Assembly (NCBI GenBank): GCA_008632985.1
Contig: QPGO01000187.1
Location: 120,361 to 140,360, forward strand
DNA from: Psammoneis japonica
Taxonomy: Eukaryota
Length of the DNA stretch: 20,000 bases
Direction of reading: 5' to 3'
Shown: in pieces, positions 11,531-20,000 of the stretch
Layout of the letters: the number at the start of each line of letters is the position of its first letter
Position numbering within the stretch: the stretch's first letter is position 1
Notes under the pieces: generated by a model
Database searches by the model: none
Told to the model about the DNA's origin: nothing
Seen by the model: only the letters and a program-made list of their open reading frames with translations
Program-made: the position numbers and the translations under genes

Positions 11531-11977
11531 CGCCGCATCCACGGATTCACCAGGCAAAATTGGCAAAAGTCGGGTGTGGCAAAAAGTGTGCATTTGGTCA
11601 AAATCGATCATTGAGTGCAAGCGATGGTGTCTTTGGGGTCTCTTCAGTGAGCCGAACACGCACATTTCTCATTTGATCATCACAGGTCCGTCTCATGGGG
11701 GGTGTCAAAATGTCGTGCTTTGACGCGTCTCGAGGATCAATCGTCACATGGTGTGTGCAGCCATTGAGGTTGTGTGAAATTGAAAATTCACACATTAAAG
11801 CATGACGTTTTGACATCCCCCGCAAGACGACCTGTGATGGTCAGATGAGAAATGTGCGTCATTGGCTCACTGAAGGGACCCCAAAGATACCACCATTTGC
11901 ACTCAACAATCGATTTTGACCAAATGCACACTTTTTGCCGCACCCGAGTGTTGCCTGGTGAATCCGTGGATGCGGTG
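11531..11977. mobile_element. Fold-back MITE C (447 bp) with ~190-200 bp arms, piggyBac-like TTAA target
   Basis: 11531-~11728 is the reverse complement of ~11791-11977. Flanks are TTGA / TCAA; an ancestral TTAA restores RT VRFVNDFRELNK. Confidence 0.9.
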
Positions 11978-12916
11978 TCAACAAAGCGCACCGTCAAGTC
12001 TTTCTTCGGCATGATGAATGATGGAGCTGCCCATTGGGATCGGTTGATGCGTTTGAGAACACCGACACGTGCCAGGCGTTCTACTTCTTTACGCAGCGTA
12101 GCTTCGTGCGCACGAGGTGCTTTACACAGACGAGCGTGGCATGGTTCTACACCCTCCTTGAGTTGGATGTGGTGGGGTTCTCCCTTCCATTCTCCCAGTG
12201 TCCCATCAAATGAGGACTCATGGCGTTTCAACAGTGCCAAAAGGTCGTTTTGTTGAACCACAGAAAATCTCATTGCCCCTTGCGTTGTGTCCTCGAGGCA
12301 GGCCGGCGCGCACTTAGCGTCCAAAATGCGTGAAATCCGGTCGGTTTCCGAAGACAAGGCTTCTGGATCTTGAAGATAGAAGGAGGTTTCTACCGCAGCA
12401 TCTACGTGCCTCATTGGCACTTCTCCATTGACTGATGGCCACTCTGTCATCTGCTTAGAGAAGACAATGTCAATGCCTTGTGTCTCCAGAATGTCACGTC
12501 CAACAATCATGTCGCACTTGCCCAACTTTCCGTTGTGCACGTGGACGGCATGTTTGAGTTCTTCAGTTTCGCACAATTCTGGTAACCAAAATTTAACGGC
12601 ACAGTCGTTAGACGCACTGAACGAGCCTGCTGCCGTAGCCCCAGTTTGTCTCAGCCGTTGAATGGCTTCGCAGACGCTTGCAGCATCGACTGTCGAGTAG
12701 AGTGCTGCTGGCGCCGCTGTCTGGCAGTGCCTCAATGGTTTGAGTCTTGCCCTTGCCATGTTTGGCATTCACAGCCACAAACAAGATTGGAGTGAGATGA
12801 GTCTTTTTAACTCGTTTGCGGGATTGGCCTGCAACACGTGTACGATGGTAATTCAGTTGTTCATTTGTACATTCATCTGATGCATTAAAACCACCTGCAT
12901 CGTGTCGGCCCCCTTC

Positions 12917-13978
12917 TCAGGTGTCCGAATCTTCGGAATCACTTAAGTTGAGGTCGCGGAAGTGATTGAGCTCCTCCTCGCGTGCCTTGCGCTTTTTCTG
13001 AGCGTTGGCAAAGAACTCCTCGACCTTCGATCCGATGAGAGTGTCAATGTCTTCCTCATTCCGAGGTTTTGCACCAGGCTTGCTGCCTCCATTGTTGGAA
13101 TGTCCAGTCTTGACACGTTTCACGTGGTGCTTGAGCTGACGGCAATCCTCCGTATGATGTCCACAGTCAGTCCCGTGCAGCACACACGACTTCTGGGTGT
13201 TCTGTTGGGTCGTGATCAACGACTCAGGATTGTCCGTTCTACGTCCCCGCTTGCGTGGAATCTTAGCATGTTGGTCCAGGTTGCCTTCGGTGAGCTCAAC
13301 CTGCTCGATGCGCTCGCAGAACTGTGCAAATTCGGCGACAGTGTGCGCCAACGGGTCAAAATTCTGTAGCGTCATGAACTTCTGCCATGCGTTTGGCACA
13401 CCGTGCTCGAACACATCGCACAGTTCGTCATTGGGTGATGGTGCCGGTGCTTCTCCATCCTCCGTCACAGGTGGAAACTGAGAGATGTGGCCGTCAATTT
13501 CAACAGCCCTCGCGACGCAGTCACGAGCAGAAACCTCTGCGGGCTTGCGCATGAAGCGCCTCAGACAACGCTTCTGCAATGGTGCCACCCTGTGTGGGAA
13601 GATGCTTTCCTTTGGCTTCGCAACGCTGTTGGTTTGGGATGCCTGCTTGTTAGCGGCATTGTTGAATGACGTCAGAGCATCGCCCTGCAGTGGGTCACGC
13701 ATGAGGGCAAATTTCGCTGGCCCGGTCGTCATGTTTTGTCCTTCGTGCACGCGATCCACGTTGCGCAGAAAGATTGGGAGTGTCTCGCATGTAGCCGCAG
13801 AAAGGTGCGGGATGCCCATCTCGTGCGTTGGACTGCCCGGATCAGCGGGGTTGTTGCGCAGTTTGAACGTCTGGCACTCGCCCTGCTGTGGCTCTTTCTT
13901 CTCCGGCCGTGCGAACGGAATCGGCGGCTCAATCCGCTTCTTCATGGTCGTTTTGAGATTTGTCGGTCCCACCAACAT
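12917..13978 (-). CDS. gag: Gypsy #2 gag-like protein
   Basis: 353-aa ORF between the 5' LTR and pol with a CVLHG..CGHHTEDC knuckle-like motif; contains no Tyr. Confidence 0.85.
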   Translation of the reverse strand: MLVGPTNLKTTMKKRIEPPIPFARPEKKEPQQGECQTFKLRNNPADPGSPTHEMGIPHLSAATCETLPIFLRNVDRVHEGQNMTTGPAKFALMRDPLQGDALTSFNNAANKQASQTNSVAKPKESIFPHRVAPLQKRCLRRFMRKPAEVSARDCVARAVEIDGHISQFPPVTEDGEAPAPSPNDELCDVFEHGVPNAWQKFMTLQNFDPLAHTVAEFAQFCERIEQVELTEGNLDQHAKIPRKRGRRTDNPESLITTQQNTQKSCVLHGTDCGHHTEDCRQLKHHVKRVKTGHSNNGGSKPGAKPRNEEDIDTLIGSKVEEFFANAQKKRKAREEELNHFRDLNLSDSEDSDT

Positions 13979-14039
13979 TTCGCAGTTTCGTTTCTGTGGA
14001 TTTCGTCACCTCACACAACATGCGGGAGCAATGTCACTG

Positions 14040-14470
14040 TGCCCCATGCATGTGCCAGGCACTGAAAAGAAGATGTGTTGCGACTTTGTCGTTGTGAAAA
14101 TTGTGAGCCAGTTTAGAGTGGAGAAAGTGGGATCATGCGAATGGGGAATCTTGCCAAATCCCTGTTCGTTTGCATTTGGATCGCATCAAATCGATCGTGC
14201 GTTCGCATTGTGGATCATGCGAATCAAGCCATCACGCGCCATGCACGAGTGATGTCATCGTGTGGAATCACGCTGCCATCGTGGGCCAGATGATGGGCCA
14301 GTGTGCTTCACACGGATGCTCTCTCAGCATCCTTCTGGAATTGCCCAAGACCTGGAGCCACGCCCTCCTGTGGTCGTGCTTCCCAGGTGCGCATTAACAA
14401 TGCTGCATTGCCATGCACAAGAGGCTCATGCATGGTCTCACCATGTTGTCCAGTGGCGAGGCATGCTGCA
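14040..14470 (-). repeat. 5' LTR of Gypsy #2
   Basis: Direct repeat of 7822-8252. Confidence 0.93.
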
Positions 14471-14669
14471 CAATGTCCAAAGAACACACCCGGGCACACT
14501 GCAAAGAATGCACTTCAAGTGTGGAGGAGGAGATGCGTTCGCAAAATTGCCTCTTTTTCTGTTGGCGATCACCCATGTGTCCATTGCTTGACAATTTTGC
14601 TGCGGAGCTCGCACGTGGAATTCTACGGGCCCAATGTCACAAAAAGTGCCACCTGGGCTGGAGCCCGTC

Positions 14670-14933
14670 AGACATGGGTTTCTCTTTGTCATGGCTTTGC
14701 AACCAATTCAACGCCATCAGAAACTTGCGAGCGTTGATTTTCGCAACACAAGCATTCGGAATCATCGTCATTTGAAGGTCGACGAAAACGCACGCACAAG
14801 CCTCAGGACAGACACCAAAGCCAGAGTGAAGACGCTCATGGTTCAATGAAGCTCTCACGTTTTGCCTGCCCTTGAAGCCAACAGAATCAAGGCCTGCCCC
14901 AAGAAAATCCTGTGGCGAGATGACAACGACCAT
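14670..14933 (-). pseudogene. DDE transposase, 5' part
   Basis: MVVVISP...FLMALNWLQSHDKEKPMS joins in frame to GRWGPCEETCR (codons from 7617 down) once the insert and one AGAC copy are removed, giving ~289 aa in total. Confidence 0.8.
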
Positions 14934-15074
14934 GGTTGGCTTCTTTGGTTTTATGGGGTTTGGTTTTGGTTGAACGGAGGACAAAACAATTTTCTGTCAA
15001 TGATGATGTCATTCAACTGGGGGCAACGGTCAGATTTGAAGGGCTGCATGTCAGTTTGTCTGTGGACACTGTTG

Positions 15075-15154
15075 TCTTGATGACTTATGATGACTTATGA
15101 TGACTTATGATGACTTTTGATTACTTATGATGACTTATGATGACTTATGATTAG
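15075..15154 (+). repeat. 10-bp tandem array (TTATGATGAC), 8 units
   Basis: Same unit and orientation as 3811-3900, but the TA is retained. Confidence 0.97.
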
Positions 15155-15591
15155 TTAACGAGTTTCCGCGACCAACTCTCCATTGACATTTCACGATTAA
15201 AAACATTGGCGAGTTTGGCGAGCACAGAATGTGTCTTATCGCTAAAGCAATATGAACCGTCATAACATATATATATATTTGTCCGTTGGATTCTTATAAA
15301 TAGCATATAGTAATGAAAATTCGCGGACGGTGCAGCAGTTTCTACTCGTAACGGCAAACCCAAAACGTCGTTCGAACAATGTCGTACGTCCGTCGACCGT
15401 AGGTGATTCCGTTGTAGTATGTGTCCTACGAAGTCCTACTGCAGTTTGAAAATTTGCCGTTTTGGAGTTTGCACCAACATCAGCGCGGCGGTCGGTCCAG
15501 CACAGATTTGCACTTTGCACACTTCATACCGGTAGCAGAGGAAAGGTGGTTTGTTTGTTGCTGCGAGCTTCGTACACACAGCATCCAAACC

Positions 15592-17477
15592 ATGACAAAC
15601 ACCACTCACATCGCTAGTCTCAGTTCTATTCCACACCTCTCGATTCCAAGCTGCAAAGGTCATTTCCGCAACACTCGAGTTGTGATAATTGGAGGATCCG
15701 TTGGGGGGTTGGCCGCCGCAGCCTCCCTCAAGGCTGCTGGGTTCAATCCAAAGAACCTTACCGCGGTGGAACGGGCCAAAAGTCCTCCATCTGGAGCAGG
15801 AATTGGCCTCGACGATGCATCAGTAGGCATCCTTAAGGGGTTGGGGTTGTTGTTGGGGAAAAGAGGAGAAACAGGCACTGTCGTCTCTGTTCAATCCATG
15901 CGAATGACTGAAGAACGCATACTCCCTACATGTGGAGAAGTCAAGAAAGAGATTCGTCTTTCGCAGCCGTATCCATACTCTGCAGTTTTATATTCAGAAC
16001 TGGTCAAAGGATTAGAAAGTGCTGCAGAAGGAATTGACTTTTTGAGAGGCCACAAAGCTGTAGAAATCATTTCTGAAAAAGAAGGATGCTCCCAAGTTCT
16101 TGTACAACAGGTGGATTCCCATGCTCAGAAAATTCTAGAGTGTGACTTGGCGATTGTAGCAGATGGACCCAGATCTCGATTTCGACATTTGTTTGCTTCT
16201 AGTAAAACAAAAGAAGACAAGGAGGATCTTCGATTTTCCGGGTACACGGCTTGGAGGGGAACTGTTCCTGAGACTGAACTTTCTGACAAAGTACTCGACA
16301 ACCTAAAAGAAGCTTATCCTGACTTTGGTAATTGTCTGTACTTTATCTGGGGTCCACCGGGCAAGTCGGCAGTTTTGTATGACATCGGAAAGGGCCTAGT
16401 TAATTGGTTGTTTACGATACAGAGACTTGTCCCAATGGCCAGCCCAAAGCGCCCCCTGGAAGGACAACCACCACTGCGACTCCTTCTGATATCCAACAGC
16501 TCCACCAACAGGCCGTCCATGAGTGGGGAGATGCCTTGGGAGCTTTAATTCAATCAACTCCGGATCCCTTTCAAAATGATATTTACGACATTGAAACACC
16601 TCTCGACAACTTTTGTCGTTCAGGCTTGTGTATTTTGGGAGATGCAGCGCATCCCATTTCGCCTCATTGCGCCAAGGGATCCAATTTGGCAATCCATGAT
16701 GCCTACGTGTTGGCGTGTGCCGCGGCAAAGGCCACATGCATTGCAGAACTATTACAGATGTACTCGACCTCGAGAGTTGAGGCTTGTAGGACGACCGTCA
16801 TGCTGAGTCGACATCTCGGAAGACTGAGAAATCGAATGAAGCCACTTTTACTAAACAGCGAGAGCAACATCGGCGTCGAAGTTCCTTCCACGACAGAACA
16901 ACTGAATGCTCTGGTGCGACTAGCTGATGCACAAACTTCTGTCACGTTGCCTTTTGGAAGTAGCGTGTTTGAACCTACCTGGAGCTTTATTGATGCACAA
17001 GTTCCCGCTGAGCAGCGGGGTTTCTGCCTGTCCAATGTAATGCCGACCCGGCCGCTTTCTATTGCTCAAGTGAACCATTTTTCATTGGAGACGACTCGAG
17101 TAGATCGTTTAGTAGGATTTTATCGAGACGTCCTTGGATTGACCGTCTTGACAACGAGACCAAATTTTGGCTTTGGAGGCGCTTGGCTTCAACTACCTGG
17201 AGGCATTAGTCTTCATATCATTGAACGAGATCCTACCAAGCCATCTGCGAGTGCAATCACCATTGGCAGCCAAAAGTTGGCAGTTCCAGAACGATTCATT
17301 CGACGAAGCAATCACCTAGCTCTGACGGTTCTAGACATTGAAGCTGCAAAGGCAACTCTTCGCGATCATGGCATAACGTTTGCAGTCAACAAGGTTCCCG
17401 ACACTTTTATTGAACAACTGTTTGTCTATGACCCCGACGGGAATGGGGTGGAAATTGGAAACTTTGGTCTAGTTTAA
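15592..17477 (+). CDS. FAD-dependent monooxygenase (aromatic hydroxylase type) fused to a C-terminal glyoxalase/VOC domain; 1-bp frameshift at ~16411
   Basis: Motifs VVIIGGSVGG, ER..GAGI, ADG, GY.AWRG, GDAAH, then VNHFSL..FY.DVLG..GAWL..LHII..NHLAL..DPDGNGVE. The two ORFs meet at TGG TTG TTT AC GAT, where one base is missing. Confidence 0.85.
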
Positions 17478-17513
17478 TTTAAAACCTTATCCTAGTTTAA
17501 TTTAAAACCTTAT
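17469..17513 (+). repeat. 22-bp direct duplication spanning the stop codon
   Basis: CTAGTTTAATTTAAAACCTTAT at 17469-17490 and 17492-17513. Confidence 0.95.
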
Positions 17514-17741
17514 AAAAGTTCTCTACTTTAGACTACAGTTACCACAGTCACTAGTTCCTACTTTCTAGCTCTAGGAGAGGGAGGCAGAAGGTCGGAAAGT
17601 ACAGTAGAAGGGGATTTCTGTCTGCTCCACGCGAATAACGCGAAATGCCATGCGCGTCGCTCGGCGTCCTCACTTCGCTGTGACCGCAAAATCCTTTTAG
17701 TGTGGTAGGCCTTACGGTATCTTTTGTTGGGACGAGTGACG

Positions 17742-18292
17742 ATGATGAATGGGTCCTTTTGTTTGTTGTTGCTTCTGCAGTGCTGTTCATCGTGGCTAAC
17801 GGTGGATTCGAAGCTACTGTCATCACCCACCATCAATGTTACAGGTGCGATTTCGGCTTCGCGCTCGGACGTGTGGCCTCTGGTGCGAGCCGTCGATCAA
17901 TGGAGTTCCTTTACTGACACCTTTGTCCCCGAGCTGATTGGTGGGAACGAAATTGTAGAAGTGGGACAAGAAATCCTCTTTACGACAGAATTTAAATTAT
18001 TTTCGCAACAAACAATCGATCGAATTTACGACATTGTGGAGGAAGAACGAATTTGTTGGAGTCTAGAATCGCTCGTTTTGGGGCCGACGAGAAGGAACTT
18101 GAATTGAGCCCAAAGGTGCTGCGCACTACGGGGCGATGCATTGAATTGTTCGATGATGGAAATGACAACACGATTATTCACAACTGGATCAGCTATGGTG
18201 GGATCCTGGCACCAGCGGTTCTACTCTCCACCGGGTCAGAGCTTAAAAAGCTGTTTCAAGAATTCAATCAAGATCTCGCAGTTCAGTTCTAG
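17742..18292 (+). CDS. Putative secreted SRPBCC/polyketide-cyclase-like protein; frameshift at ~18076-18083
   Basis: Hydrophobic N-terminus, I.AS.SDVW.LV..VDQW, a RICW strand and a C-terminal amphipathic helix (LKKLFQEFNQDL). The two ORFs overlap at a TTTTGGGG run. Confidence 0.6.
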
Positions 18293-18639
18293 AGGCGGTG
18301 TCTGAAGTGCGTCTAGGGATGAACATAGTTGCCTTTTACTAAACCGTGCAATCATGATACCTTCCCACTGACATGAGAGGTTCAAGCAAAATGACTTTCT
18401 CTATAAATCGGTGTGCTAATAATCAGAAACTCTACAATAAATTCCGATACGCCATTGGAAACGGATTCTAAGAAGCTTTTAGGGGAGCGGGATGCATTTG
18501 TAAGGGAAATCTAGCTTCTGGTGCTCATATTGTCGCGGTTCTAGGAGGTGCCCGATACGTTCACCCACTTCATCCCAACGATACATTTTGAATCTAGTAT
18601 GTCGATCATTGGACTATGCTCTAGAGGATTGCATAAACA

Positions 18640-20000
18640 TTCCTCACCTAGTAGATGGACTGAAGTCAGTTTTCCTTTCGGGTCTAGTTTGGTGCCTTAA
18701 AAAGGAGAGCTCTAGAAGGTGATGAAACGAAGAGGAGGGTCCGTCTCCAGAAAGGGCGATACGCTCTCGCTTTCCAAGATGCTCGTTGACATTGCCCCAG
18801 ATACTTGTTCCCAACAGCACCCATTCCTTGCGAAACGAATTGTAATCATAGACGTTCACATAGCCGCGCGTGAGGAACCAAACATGTCATTCGTGTACTC
18901 CCTAAATCCCTTTTGGTCACACCTACTGCAATGCGCTACCATTAGACGAGATTGATACAGAGTCACCACACGCATCTTCGTGATTCCCTGTGATTGGTTG
19001 ACCAAGCAACTCGTACTTCTTGGTTGATGCAACCCATCTGAAAACATTTACTCGCCTGAATCGTCTTGGTACTGTCCTTGAACCCCACCATCAAATGCAG
19101 GTGCTCCAACCACAACGAATTCTCCTCTTTTGCTTAATGATAGTGAATACCAAAGAGACCACTTTTTCCATACCTTGTGATTGCATCTCGAAGCTTCCAA
19201 GTTAGCGTGCTATCGCTGGACCTCTCCAATTCGTAAATGTAGACGAAGCCATTTTTGTTCTCGTCTTGGCCGTGGACGGCAAACACTTGGCCATCACCAG
19301 ACAGACGCAACGTGTCTCCAATAGTCTTCTTTCCTCCTATGCTGCCTTTGATTGTCTGTCCAATTTGTTTCCACGTTTGGCCTGACCATTCAAAGACACG
19401 ACATCTTCCAGTCCTTTTTCGCCAGTTCTCTCCGCACGTGGCTATTCGCAATCCATTATCCGAAATTGAAATTCGCTCTGCAAAGTCTTCAAAGTCCTCA
19501 GATCCCAAAATGTCACTACCCAGTTGTATCCATTGCTGTATTTTTCTATTGTATTGATAGACACGTACGGCGCCGATTCTTGTTCCGCTTGTTGTGGTCG
19601 TGCTTCCCAAAGCGACATGGTCACAATTTGCTGATAAAGCGATTGCACCGTTATCGATTCCCCATTTTCCGTCCTTCCATCATTCTCTTTTGGGAAATTG
19701 GCTGACCCTTTCCTTCTGCTTCTATTTTACCATCAACAACTTTCCTGATAAATAGCCTGTGGGTGTTCTTGAACCTCCCCGAGACCGCCACGCAGTTACC
19801 ACTTCGTGAAATATAAGAAGCTGTAAACCTCTTCCAACCCGGGTGTCCAAACTGTCCAACTTGCTTCCATGCATCATTGGGATCCTCATTGCTATTCGTC
19901 GTTGCCTTTGGTACGCGGATAGTAGAGGTGTGGTTGCCACCTGAATGTGAGACTCTCTTCTCAGCGATGCATCTCTGATTCTCTTTAGATTCATGAACTC
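18640..20000 (-). CDS. FG-GAP-like beta-propeller repeat protein, multiply frameshifted (pseudogene or assembly errors); ends uncertain
   Basis: Repeats such as IALSANCDHVALG, GAVRVY..WIQLGSDI, ISISDNGLRIA, LSGDGQVFAV, FG.SLSLS..VVVGAP, IALSGDG, distributed over several frames. Confidence 0.7.

Larger units (their letters stand above)
8292..12916 (-). pseudogene. pol: Gypsy #2 pol (PR-RT-RNaseH-integrase), disrupted
   Basis: Motifs ALPDSGAS (~12710-12730), HLDD (YxDD position), HADAS, ERELL, ADALSR, H..H..C..C, integrase TDMTGP/YDRG/NPQANATVER. Lesions: +1 frameshift at ~12640, inserts at 11531-11977 and 10586-11496, TGA at 10476-10478. Confidence 0.93.
7822..14470 (-). mobile_element. Ty3/Gypsy LTR retrotransposon #2, full length, inactivated
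   Basis: Two 431-bp LTRs (offset 6218), gag, PR-RT-RH-IN and a PPT. 4-bp TSD TAAT (7818-7821) / CAAT (14471-14474). Confidence 0.95.
7622..14669. mobile_element. Non-autonomous TIR element A (~400 bp: 7622-7821 + 14471-14669), split by Gypsy #2
   Basis: AGAC duplicated at 7618-7621 and 14670-14673 (the overlap could be read as 3-5 bp). Imperfect inverted ends TTCCAGCTCTAGGTGG / CTCCAGCCCAGGTGG. Removal restores the transposase frame. Confidence 0.75.
3811..15154 (-). mobile_element. PIF/Harbinger-IS5-like (DDE_Tnp_4-type) DNA transposon with two accessory genes, interrupted by nested insertions; true termini not identified
   Basis: A split DDE transposase plus two adjacent unknown ORFs, bracketed by the same 10-bp array, all sharing TpA depletion. 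Confidence 0.6.

Noticed and set aside
11788..11977. C-terminal extension of ORF 11788..12768 as a novel pol domain
   Set aside because: It is read-through into MITE C.
7822..14470. CpG deamination as the sole cause of TG/CA differences
   Set aside because: Some probably occurred (likely CGA->TGA at 10476-10478), but CpG remains common. It cannot explain Tyr->His/Cys, TAAT/CAAT, TTAT/TTGT or the TpA depletion.
1..15080. Dozens of long overlapping or antisense ORFs rich in Cys/His
   Set aside because: Loss of TpA removes TAA/TAG stops in all frames. These ORFs shadow real TE genes and have no recognisable motifs.

Overview
Eukaryotic DNA, most likely a diatom or related stramenopile (inferred from the transposon families and the short ~80-90 nt introns). 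Bases ~1-15150 are a nested transposon cluster. It holds a Ty3/Gypsy element running off the left edge and a three-gene PIF/Harbinger-IS5-like DDE transposon with the same 10-bp tandem array near each side. That transposase is split by a ~400-bp TIR element, which carries a complete second Gypsy (431-bp LTRs), whose RT in turn carries two more TIR elements. Bases ~15150-20000 hold host genes: a FAD monooxygenase fused to a glyoxalase/VOC domain, a secreted SRPBCC-like protein and an FG-GAP-like propeller, all with 1-bp frameshifts. The main signal is that the repeat block has undergone massive TpA->TpG/CpA (A:T->G:C) mutation, the reverse of fungal RIP. Conserved Tyr are replaced by His/Cys, and TSDs, splice donors and a tandem array show TA>TG/CA changes. 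The effect stops sharply near 15085 and spares one AT-rich insert.
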